Shown here: positions 53,390-64,000 of the stretch, piece after piece
Layout: each line of letters begins with the position of its first letter
Position numbering within the stretch: the first letter of the stretch is position 1
NCBI GenBank assembly: GCA_010093705.1
Contig: MU006111.1
Span: 186,001 to 250,000 of the forward strand
Direction of reading: 5' to 3'
DNA length: 64,000 bases
Origin: Patellaria atrata CBS 101060
Taxonomy: Eukaryota
Program-made: the position numbers and the translations under genes
Notes under the pieces: generated by a model
Told to the model about the DNA's origin: nothing
The model's database searches: none
The model's input: only the letters and a program-made list of their open reading frames with translations

Positions 53390-53572
53390 TCAATAAGGTG
53401 TTAATCTAGGGTATATGATAGTGGATTTTAAGGTATTAACCTAGGGTACGTAATAGTAGGTTTACGATATAGACCTAGGTTAAATGACAATAGGTATAAT
53501 ATCTTAGCCCAGGTTACACGATAGTGGGTCTAGGGTATCACCCTAAGGTACATAATCATAGGTTTAAGATAG
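53390..53572. repeat. Degenerate 34-nt minisatellite, about 5 copies
   Basis: CYAGG/CTAAGG unit starts at 53406, 53441, 53475, 53509 and 53543. Confidence 0.8.
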
Positions 53573-53787
53573 AAATATTAGTAAGCTAGTCTCACACATG
53601 ATATTTTATCTCTCAAGTGGTTTGGTAGAGAACCAGATCAAATTCCCATGATAGTACTAGAAGCCAAACTTTTCCCATCCATCTCACCACCACTCCGTGC
53701 ATTTCTCGCCAGTCAAGAGCACCTCTACATAACAACTTTTCTACCATAGACCACTTCCAGCACTTCCACCCTATTATCTCTCGTCCC

Positions 53788-54956
53788 TTACTTCCCCAAC
53801 ACCTTCTCAGCCGCAGACACTAAACGCACGTCATATCAGCACACTATCCCACACGCACCCAAGATCAGAAAAAAGATAACATACCGTCCACGCCCGTGTT
53901 ATCGGGCTCGACGTGCGTCGCCTTGACTTTGCCGTCTTCGATCACGAGACAGTAGCGCTTGCTGCGGGGACCGCCGAAGAGGGCGCTGCCGTCGAAGGTG
54001 AGATCTAGTGCGGAGGTGAGGGTCGCGGCTGGGTCGGCGAGGAAGCGGATCTAGGGGGGTGAGAGTTAGATGGGTTGGGAGAATGATGGGGGGGGTTTAG
54101 GAAGCTGGTGCCAGGTAAGAGGGTGTGGTAGGAAGGGAAGGGGGTATTAGGGGTGTTGTATGTTAGGACGACGCGAATAGGGTTATGAGGTTGAACGGAC
54201 GGTGGGAGTGTAGAGGATGTTTACCTATGGTAAGAAGACTGGAAAAGGTTGAAGTGAAAGGAGGTTATCTAGATGTGATTATGGAGTTTTTATGAAATAT
54301 GGTGCAAGGTTAAACATGTTAGAAGATTGATAGGACAGTGGTGACGACTGATGGTTTAGGGTAGGGGGTGCGCTACCCGACAGGAGCATAGCATCTGAAT
54401 GGGTAGGATGTAAATAATTCGAATTAAGGAACAGAAAAATGCATACTCCACTCTTGTTCGACGGATCGAGATCATTCTTCCATGCTTTCATACTACCTTA
54501 GCAGTTAGCATGTTTGTAACCGTAACATAATCTGCAAAGGGACGGCAGGGGCTGCTAGGAAGCATACACAAATGCATCATTTACCGATACGACAAACACA
54601 TTTCCGGCATCCTTCAACTTCGGGTTATTGATATAACCCGGAATATGTGAAGCACTACACGATGGACCTGCATTACATCTCACATCAGTCTCCACAGATG
54701 CCTTTGGAGCACTCCTATTGGTTGAGTGCAGGGCGGGGCGGAAGGCCTTACTGAAAGCCGCGGGAACACCAATGATCAACCCCTTCCCTTTGAGCTCCTT
54801 GGCGATGTCCACTTTGTTGCCCGGGCTGTCTTCCATCAGTTCTACATTGCTGGGAATGCTGTCGCCTACTTTGACGAAGGCGCGGGATGTTGAGTGGAAT
54901 TGACGGGTGGGGAGAGAGCGGGGAAAGTGGAGTGCGAGACGTCGGGTGGGTAACAT
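53788..54956 (-). CDS. Prx5-type (Ahp1/Pmp20-like) peroxiredoxin with a mitochondrial presequence, 5 exons
   Basis: MLPTRRLALHFPRSLPTRQFHSTSRAF, PAAFS/PSCSASHIPGY, SVNDAFV/MKAW, IRFLADP, RSKRYCLVIEDGKV and VSAAEKVLGK*. Confidence 0.9.
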
Positions 54957-56106
54957 TGTGTAGATGCTTGGAGGGTGAGACTGAAAATAGAATCAATGAT
55001 GAGATGACAATTTGGAGATAGAGATCTAGTTCTAATGAGAGCAATTGGAAATGGAAATGGTGTTGTTGGATGTTGTTATTAGGTTATCTGGTCCATGGTT
55101 CCACTCAAGGCGATATCGCACTAGAACTACGACTCCGTATAACTTATTGAACAAGTACGGTTAAGGCGGGGTAACAGTAAGGTGTAAGTTATTGTACAGT
55201 ACCGTACAGTACAAACATTTCTCGTCGTCATCTTGCAAAGCTAGTTACCCATCAGATACGGAGCCAATATATTGTGAATTGATCATTTCAAAGTTTTCAT
55301 AATGCCTCGCAATTGGTTAGGTAACGTAAGTGTCCAATGGTTGTCAATTCTTGAATCTTGATGGATCTGAAAGTTTCGCTTACCCTCGAAAGATCGCCGT
55401 GCATATGGATGAGGGCGGGATTGGGGGGCACGGGGGGAGCTTTGGTTCTTCTTTGATGGCGTCTTCCGGAGGATCAGAAGCACTGCATAAGGTACGGATA
55501 GAGAAAGATACCTGGGTTATCAAACTCTTCTGCGAACCGCATAGATATCGGTACGCCCGCCGAACGCAAATCACCACAACGCCGAATTGATGCTTTCCGA
55601 GATGCACGCTGTCCGGACGAGTTACGAGATGGAACCACCTTTTGAAATCCAGGGAGAAGTGTAAAAAAGGGCAGACGGCGATCCGGGTCCCAGCCGTTCC
55701 CAGTATTCTTATTAACCATTATTTCAACCATATTATCGAACGTTTCTTGCAGTTCCGCGGTGTTGTATGAGCAAAGTTTGAGCTTAAGCTTCTCGTCTTA
55801 CTCTATTTGCACGCAGGCATTTCGGTTCCCGTCATCTATTCCGGTATTTTCCAAAGGGTTTATATATTAGCGCTGTTACTGCTGTTGTCAGAAATAGCAC
55901 ACTCTCATTTAATATTACCAGATATATCGGATACGGTTATCGGCAGCCAACCATCTCATACTTCATTCCAAGTTTCGACCAAGACAACGCCGATCAGAGC
56001 AGAGTCAATGGCGTCAAAGGTAAAGAAGCTCCACCAGCTCGCACAAGGAACCTGACTACGCCCAGCTTTCGTCGGCCTCTTCATCTGCAACACTCGCTTC
56101 TACGTG

Positions 56107-56109
56107 GAG

Positions 56110-56143
<34 letters not shown>

Positions 56144-56164
56144 AGGAGGAGGAGGAGGAGGAGA
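56107..56164. repeat. (GAG/GAA)n purine trinucleotide tract in the peroxiredoxin/SKN7 intergenic region
   Basis: About 19 units read directly. Confidence 0.9.
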
Positions 56165-57249
56165 GAAGCAAGTAAAAGGGTGAAAATTTGCTAATGAAGC
56201 AGCACTTGAGCCTGAGTAGCTCTCGGTATTCCACCACCCTCTTTAGGGTTAACCAGGCCGCTGGGACGTGCTGTCTCTGAAATGTGAAATCCAACAACCC
56301 CGTCAACGTCGTCGTTTTCCCCTGCTATGCTGGATGTTTTTTGTTATTAGTAAACAGTAAACTGTATACCTCAGTTCCAGATTATTTTATTTTTTTGCGC
56401 CCAGTGAAAATCACCCACTCCTTTTGTGCCGTGCCCTTTACAGAAGCCGGATACAGCGCCAGCAGTAGGCGTGCATGTGTGCTTGACTACTGCTTGTTCT
56501 GTCCCCTACTCCCCTTGTCTCTTCCACCAATCCGGACTTCGCGCCACCTACTTTGCTCCCGCGATTATGAGCAGGCCGATCCTGACGACTGTGCGCGGCT
56601 TGTTCAACTTGGTCGACTTTTGAGGGTCCCAAAAGATGGTCAAGGGCTCCCAAGCAGGTGTCCTATGCTTCATCCCTCCGCTACTAGGCCCCATCTTTCA
56701 CCTAAACTAGAACTAAACGTTAACTTGATTCCCCAAACCCAATCCAAGCCAACCCTAGAGCTAATACTACCTACCTTACCACTTGTCGCCATTATTGGTT
56801 GTCCGCCAATTATTACACCAGACGACACACCTCCTCTCTTGCTTCTTCTTTTGTTCTCTACTCAACCCATCCTCGACCACGTCTGTCTCCGCATTCCATC
56901 CCCAGCTGTGCACTCCTAACGCCTGATATTCGCTCGTGCTCCCATCTTCCCCTCCGTGCTACCGTCTGGGCGCGCTTGGGCCGTTTTCCACTGGGACGGG
57001 TCCTTGACAGCATATCCGCGCGGATTTCTTCTTTCAGCATACGGGGTACCCACAGCCACCGAAACGAGATCCGACGACGACATTCCATCAGCGCGCGACA
57101 TCTACATGGCCCACGTCGATGTGTTACATGTGATCGTCTTCCTTGCTCTTACTATTGGCGCTCTGGACTTGAAACGGACTTCGTCCAACGACTAGGAACT
57201 TTTGCGACGAGAATAACATCATAATAGAGTGATAGACTCGATAAGAAAT

Positions 57250-59492
57250 ATGGATGCGAATCAAGGGCAGGCGGGAGCCAGCAACTCCAGCGACTTCGTA
57301 AGTGAAACTGTACCTGATAATACTCAGATATCGAACTTATACCTTACTAATGTAATGTGGTCGGCTAGGTTCGCAAATTATATAAGTTAGTCCTTAGAAA
57401 AAATCGCAACCCATTTCGCGGATCGGACTCATCGCTAACAATGTTAACAGAATGCTTGAGAACCCCACAGATGAGAATGTAGTAAGATGGGGCAATGAAG
57501 GTGATAGTTTCGTTGTATTAGAGGTCAGTCTATGCTACTCATTGCTACACGTCGCAGATGATAACTAATCGAATGTAGAATGAGAAATTCACAAAGCATA
57601 TCCTACCGAAACATTTCAAACATAGTAATTTCGCAAGCTTCGTCAGACAATTGAACAAATACGATTTTCATAAGGTCCGACATAATAATGAAGAGTCTGG
57701 TCAATCACCTTACGGCGCAGGTGTAAGTGAAGACATATGTGAATGACTGTGACCTTTATTGATTGCTCGTACAGGCTTGGGAGTTTAAGCACCCCGATTT
57801 TAAGATGAACAATAAAGATGCGCTGGACAATATTCGGCGGAAAGCACCTGCCCCAAGGAAACCCAATGCAACCGTAGATGAGATGATGATCCCAACTCAG
57901 CAGATGGATCTCGTCAACACGCAACTAGTTGCAACACAACAACAACTTCAAGCACTCCAGGAAAGATACAACGAACTCAGCATACATCATTCCATGCTCT
58001 TACAGGAGTTGATAGGGATCCAGAAGACCGTTGTAAACCACGAGCATGTCATGCAAAATGTGATGAGCTTCCTTCATTCCGTCGATGCACAACGTAGGCG
58101 GGATAGTAGGATGATGAACCCTAATCCATTTGGACAAGCAAACGCACAAAACGGACAGGTGGATCCTGCAAACCAGCAAGTGACACCACTAGAGGACGAT
58201 GTTCCGGCGTCACCATTACAACATGCCTCGAAGCTGCTTAGTGAGACCAATGCGGATATGATGTTGAATCCGAGGAACCTGGAACATATGAATGAGGTAT
58301 CAATGCGTATGAATGGAACGTTGACAACCCCGCCACCCGATTATGTCCGAAATGGACAGCGTCCATCCAGTCGGGGTGCACCCACATCGGCAGGTTCGTC
58401 CACGTCGATGCGTCATGCCGAACTTGATACAATGGTCTATCCTGTTGGAACCTCACAGGGTATTGATCCAATGTATAGTGAACACATTCATAACATCCCA
58501 TATCCTCTACCCACTAAGGTTGAAACCAGTGATCCAAGGTTCCATCCCACAGATGGTCGAAAGAAGAGTGCGCAGGTTGACCCGGGGTGGCTCCGACAGC
58601 CTCAAATCCTGCTTGTGGAAGATGATCCTACTTGTCGCAGAATTGGTGGCAAGTTCCTCTTCGCATTCCATTGTTCGATTGATTTTGCGGTAGGTAGCAC
58701 GGAAACTTATAGTGAGCTTTGCTAATGATCCCATAGTTGGATGGGCTGGAAGCCGTGAACAAGATGAACGCCGGGTCCAAATATGACTTGGTCCTCATGG
58801 ATATTATTATGCCTAACCTAGATGGTGTATCAGCCTGCCATCTCATACGTCAGTTTGATTCTACACCAATTATAGCAATGACATCAAACATCAGAAGTGA
58901 TGATATATCGATGTACTTCCAACACGGTAAGTTCCCAGTGCTGTATGATATCCTTAGCTCTTTCTGACAAATGAAAGGTATGAATGATGTGTTACCAAAA
59001 CCGTTTACTAAGGAAGGACTGTTGCACATGTTGGAAAAACACCTTGCACATTTGAAGAAACCAGCACATTTGGACGGTATGGGTGCCCCTGTGCAACAAC
59101 AAGGCAATTTGCAACCTCACCCCCAACAAGCAATAAGACAGGGATTGAAGGAAGCTGAATCTCCGGCAAAGTCACCGGCGACGACCAGTAATTGGAACTC
59201 TCCAAACCAGATGCCGGGAGTATCCCCAGTGGGCAGTACAATGACCGATGAGTATATGAACGCAGTCCAGACTGGGGCTTATGGCACACCCATGACAGGA
59301 GGCATGGGATACAATACCTCTCCCCAACAGATAACGATGACAGCTCCTAGGGCTCAGCAAGGTGGTCATCGACGGCAGATCTCGGATATTACAGGCGGCG
59401 ATGAGGCGATGAACAATGCGAAGCGGCAGCAAATGTACGTCCAACCCATGCAACAACAACATCAGATGAATCCCAACCAGAGACAACGGTGA
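57250..59492 (+). CDS. SKN7: Stress response regulator Skn7/SrrA/Prr1 (HSF DNA-binding domain, coiled coil, receiver)
   Basis: [61 protein letters not shown]; receiver [23 protein letters not shown]. Includes a 17-nt exon at about 57369-57385. Confidence 0.95.
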
Positions 59493-60344
59493 TATCTAGG
59501 ACCAGGTGAATAGGTGTAAGTTGATGACGATGACATTCTGAATCATTCAAGAGTTGGAAGGATATTGTTTTTGATTCGACGTGCTTCCTCTTGGCAAGGA
59601 TATGCTTTTGATGATGTTCTTTGGTTCGTACCATCATGTACGCGACTGTATCTTATTCGAACTGTAATTTTTTCCCCATGTAAGTGGAAGGGTCAGTCTG
59701 GGGTTTCAGAGAGTGGACAAGCATGATTCCCATGGCAAACAACTGCATAGAAGAACTAGAAAGAGATATAAGGAGAGAGAATACGGAGTGATCTCCGATG
59801 GCGCAAGTGGATAGGAGGAAAGTCGGATAGTACGGAGCGCAGCAAGTGAATGAAACGGCTTCTTTTTTTTTCTTATGATTCTAATTGAAACGGAATTCTT
59901 TACTTTCGTATGTGATTCCTGGTTGGCGAAAAGAAGAAAAAGGTTTTGAAGGGAATTGGGCGGGACGTAGTCTCCTTATAAACAAGTTGATGGAGCACAG
60001 AAATAAGGTCCAGCCCCATCTATACATATGTTTTGCTGTGTTCCTTAGTGTTCTAGATTCAAGGGTTCCAGATATCAGGCCAGTCAACAAAGGCTAACAA
60101 GCATCTGAGAGTCTCGCCTGTCTCTATCTGTAAAACTAACCGTTGCCAAGCCTGATATCCCGGGTTGTCAAGCCACATGGATCTATTACCAGTCATACCT
60201 TATTATTACTCCCGCACTTCGTACTTTACACTTTATATCACTTTCGATAACTTCCACTAGAAGGAAATCTCACGCTTCAGTACAATACCTGCTTGATACT
60301 TTGATTACGCGTACCTTCATCTATACCTACACATCACAATAATC

Positions 60345-62686
60345 ATGCCACCAAAAGGCAAAAAGAGCGCTGCAAGCGACAAGCAGAAGTCAGCGGAGGA
60401 TGAGAGAGAAGAACCCCTCCAGGCAGTGGTGAGTAGAGCGGTCTAGGTCCTTTCGCCAATTCCCACACTGAGACAGCGCAGATACTGGCAGATCCCTTCG
60501 AGACCCGCTTCAGTCCATTCACTCTCGAGCGACCACGAGTACGTTCCCTGCAGGGACCCAGTCAGACCATGGTGCGACCCGTTTGCTGACATCCTGGCAT
60601 AGTGTTTGCTCCCGCTCGCGAATATGCCGCTGATCGAATACACGTTCGAGTTCCTGGCTAATGCGGGCGTCGATGAGATTTTCGTGTATTGTGGTGCTCA
60701 TACGGAGCAGGTAGAGGATTATATACAGTAAGACCGCATAGCAGTTAGTTGAGGAGATAACTTGCGCTAACATGGTTTAGGGAATCAAAATGGTCATCTC
60801 GATCCTCCCCCTTCTCCAAGTTGGAGATAATACGATCGACGTCGCGATCAATAGGCGACGCAATGCGCGATCTAGACAAGAGGAATATCATGGGCGGAGA
60901 TTTCCTCGTAGTATATGGAGACGTCGTCAGCAATCTTCCACTGGAATCCGCACTAGCAGCCCATCGTGCACGACGCATGAAAGACAAGAATGCTATCATG
61001 ACTATGGTCCTGAGAGAGGCTGGAACGTCACATAGAACAAAAGCACATGGTACATGTCCCGTCTTTGTGGTAGACCCTACCAAGGAGAGGTGCATTCATT
61101 TCGAACAGATGCATCCAGGGCAACATAATAAGTTCGCTAATATTGATCCACAACTACTGTTGGACCACCAAGAGATCGAGATTCGACAGGACCTGATCGA
61201 TTGCGGGATAGATATTTGCACACCGGATGTACTTGCACTGTGGAGTGATAATTTCGATTATGAAGCTCCGCGGAGAGGTTTTTTACACAGTGTGCTCAAG
61301 GATTATGAACTTAACGGCAAGACAATACATACGCATGTAGTAAAGAATCACTACGCAGCTCGAGTGAGGAACCTACACGCGTACGACTCTGTCAGTAAAG
61401 ATATCGTCTCTCGCTGGGCTTATCCTCTATGTCCAGACAGCAATCTTCTTCGCGGTCAGTCATATCGATTACAGAAAGGCAACATCTATAAAGAAGACAA
61501 TGTCATACTCGCCAGATCCTGCGTTATCAATCGTAGATCAGTTATCGGTCAAGGGACGAGCATTGGTGAGGGTAGCGTTGTCTCTAATAGCGTCATCGGT
61601 CGTTCATGTATTATCGGTAGACATGTTACCCTCGATGGAGCTTACATCTGGGATCACGCTGTCGTAGGCGATGGTTCCGATATCCGCCAAGCTGTCATCG
61701 GCACCGAAGCCGCTATTGGACGGAACTGCAAGATCGAACCGGGCGCCCTGATCTCCCAAGGCGTCAGAATTGCAGATAACATGACCATCGCAGGTACGAG
61801 CAGGATCACGCGCACCAAACGCAAGCGAATGGACAAAGAGGAATTGTTCAGAGGAGAACCGGACCCCAAAGTGGTCGGTGAAGACGGCGACGGTTTCGAA
61901 TTCGTCGACTCGGACGCCGACTCCGACTCCGAAGACCTCGCCGAAGGTCTCGCTTCCACGGGACTGATATACAACCTTTCCGCGCTCGCCCTCTCCTCCG
62001 ACTCCATCTCCACGCTCAACTCCGACTCGGAGCTCTCAGACGACAGAACATCCCGCCACCATGCCGCCGACTCCTTCGCCTCCATAGCCTCCGACGACAG
62101 TCACGCGAGCCAACACGCAGAACACTTCCACAACGACGCCGCCGCCAGCATCTTCGACTCCCTCCAGAAGGGCGACGATACGTCTAACATCCAGCTCGAG
62201 CTCACGGCACTCAAGCTCAGCACAAACGCAAGCGAGCACCAGGTCCGTCGCGCCGTCGTCGCGGCCCTCATGCGGCGTCTCTCTCAACTCGTCGACGCCG
62301 GTGCCTCCCCCAAAGACGCCGTCAAGGGCCTCGTTGCGGGATATCAGGACCTCGTTAGACGGACCATGTTCGATAAGGAGACGGTGGGGAAGCCGGATCA
62401 GGTCGATTTCCTGCTGCTGGCGCAGATGGATTGTTTGGCGAGGAGACAGGGCGAGGTTATGCTTTTGGTGCTTTGTACCGAGCTTTATAGTGTTGATGTC
62501 ATCGAGGCGGAGGGCTTGGAGGCTTGGTGGATGGATGAGAGGGGTACGGCGACGGAGGAGTTGAGGAGGGTTAGGGAGCGCACGAGGCAGTTGATTGAGT
62601 TTTTGGGGGAGAGTGAAGAGGATGAGGAGGATGAGGAGGATGAGGAGGATGAGGAGGGTGAGGAGGATGGGGATGAGGAGGAATAG
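60345..62686 (+). CDS. GCD6: Translation initiation factor eIF2B epsilon subunit
   Basis: EEPLQAVI/LADPFETRFSPFTLERPR/CLLPLANMPLIEYT, DCGIDIC..WSDNFDY, hexapeptide LbH repeats, a W2 domain and an acidic tail. Three 5' introns. Confidence 0.95.
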
Positions 62687-63094
62687 GGGGGAGGGGATAT
62701 ACCCGGGTCTTTAAGTAGATAGGACACGAAGTCATTGTGGAGATAAATGCAGAGGTTAGGGATTTGAGCCAGATATGGAAGTTATATTCATTTCGAACCT
62801 ATCCTCCGTTGCTAGAAGCTTCTTTGTGAATATACATGCTTTTTTGAGAGAGAGAATATCAATGTTCGCCATTTTGGTTACGAGCCCTTGAACCTTCTGA
62901 AGCAAGCTGGATAGCTCAAGAACTTTGTCTTTGAGGACTTGCACTCGCACCAAGCACTCAATCAACTTGGTGAACCATACTAAATGACGGTGCACGAGTG
63001 GCTTCGCCTATAATCTACTCCCTAATTCATCATTCATCATTCATCAACTCGTCAACTCGTTAACCTCTCGTCTCGTCCACCAGCTCTACACTTT

Positions 63095-63949
63095 TCAGAT
63101 CGTCAACCTCCCCGTCCCAGCCCACCCATGCCACACACCGCCGACCTCAACCGCGAGATCCTCGGCACTCCTCCCCCTCGCATCCCTCAACCTCCTGATA
63201 TCGACCAAGCCCTCCTGACTCTCCCTCTGCACCCCTAACGCATCCGCTTCGAGCAACACCTCCTGCGGAAACCTACTCAGCTCCAACTCGGACGCCAACA
63301 ACAAAAGCAACCAGACGACCTCGCGGGCGCCGCCTTGCACCGCGGCATGGAGCCCGCTGCGGTGGTCCCCGAGGGGGTCCTGCGAGCGCAGCAGCGCGGT
63401 GCGGGCGGGTGAGCCGAGGGGGATCGCGTCTTCGGTGCTGGAGGACTCGTCTTCAAGCATGTGCAGGATCGAGGTCACGTCGTTGGAGGCGCAGAAGGTG
63501 AGGAAGGCGCGCGGTTTGAGGGCCTCCGGGTGCGTGCGGAGGTAGGATTCTTCGGTCAGTAGGGGCAGGATGTCGAGGTTGCGTTGGAGGCCGCCTTCGT
63601 TGTGCAGGGTGCAGGGGATCTTTGGGGAGGAGGGGGAGGTTAGGGGGGTGGAGCAGGAGGGGCAGGTGGGCGTTTGGTAGGCGTCTAGGAGACATTGCCT
63701 GAGTTAAGGTTAGCGGAGGTATTCTGGCATACGGTCTTTGGACTGTTTGTTGAGAGAGGTGTTGTGATGCTGAGAGGGGTCTTACCAGTGAAAGTGACAT
63801 CCACAGCCCAATTCTATATCGTCAGGTACGGTGTTTGGTTGCGCGGCGGAGGAACTGCTCCCCACCACTCCCTCCATCTGCATGTCCTCATCCTCGGATT
63901 CTTGCTCAATCTCCAGTGTCAATGGCTTTTGGCACGCGACACACGCCAT
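63095..63949 (-). CDS. Conserved fungal protein with an N-terminal RING-variant zinc finger and an ankyrin-like C-terminus
   Basis: MACVACQKPL..VPDDIELGCGCHFHW/QCLLDAY..CPSC..NEGGLQRNLDILPLLTEESYL..SGLHAAVQGGAREVVWLLL. Intron 63699-63785. Confidence 0.8.
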
Positions 63950-64000
63950 TGCGTCTGTCGGAGCGTTTCATCTGCGGTGGAGCGAAACTGAGGTGGAAGA

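Noticed and set aside
53406..53572. CRISPR-like interpretation of the 34-nt periodic array
   Set aside because: Eukaryotic context, contiguous degenerate units, no unique spacers and no cas genes.
55755..55770. GGTGTTGTATG resembling the 3' end of fungal 5S rRNA
   Set aside because: The upstream sequence does not match 5S rRNA.
56284..56919. 211-aa plus-strand ORF upstream of SKN7
   Set aside because: GTG start, pyrimidine-rich promoter-like composition and no domain signature.

Overview
This is gene-dense, intron-containing DNA from a filamentous ascomycete (Pezizomycotina; Dothideomycete-like by protein style, which is inference). It has GT-AG introns with CTRAC branch points. I support about 21 protein-coding genes, in order: VAC14, LSM12, 6-phosphogluconate dehydrogenase, an RRM protein, VMA12, an Mtf2-like protein, CMR1, a DIM-2 DNA methyltransferase, Cdc25/MIH1, an orphan HTH-like ORF, a frameshifted HSL-type hydrolase, ubiquitin-RPS31, Swi5/Ace2, AUR1, POL5, ATG26, a Zn2Cys6 factor, a Prx5-type peroxiredoxin, SKN7, GCD6 and a RING-variant protein. 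A roughly 7 kb variable-looking pocket (25.5-32.5 kb) holds the orphan ORF, the hydrolase, a decayed tRNA-like element and a pseudogene encoding an NLR-type N-terminal domain plus a ubiquitin-like domain. The best unexplained signals are a fused donor-branchpoint-acceptor 19-mer inside the Swi5/Ace2 coding exon, a 5-nt microexon in the NADP-binding motif of 6PGDH, recurrent C-rich to G-rich skew flips, a decayed 34-nt minisatellite and a hydrophobic uORF before SKN7. I found no CRISPR array, rRNA gene, intact tRNA or intact transposon, and cannot claim a proven new biological system. All family assignments are from recalled motifs; no database searches were run.
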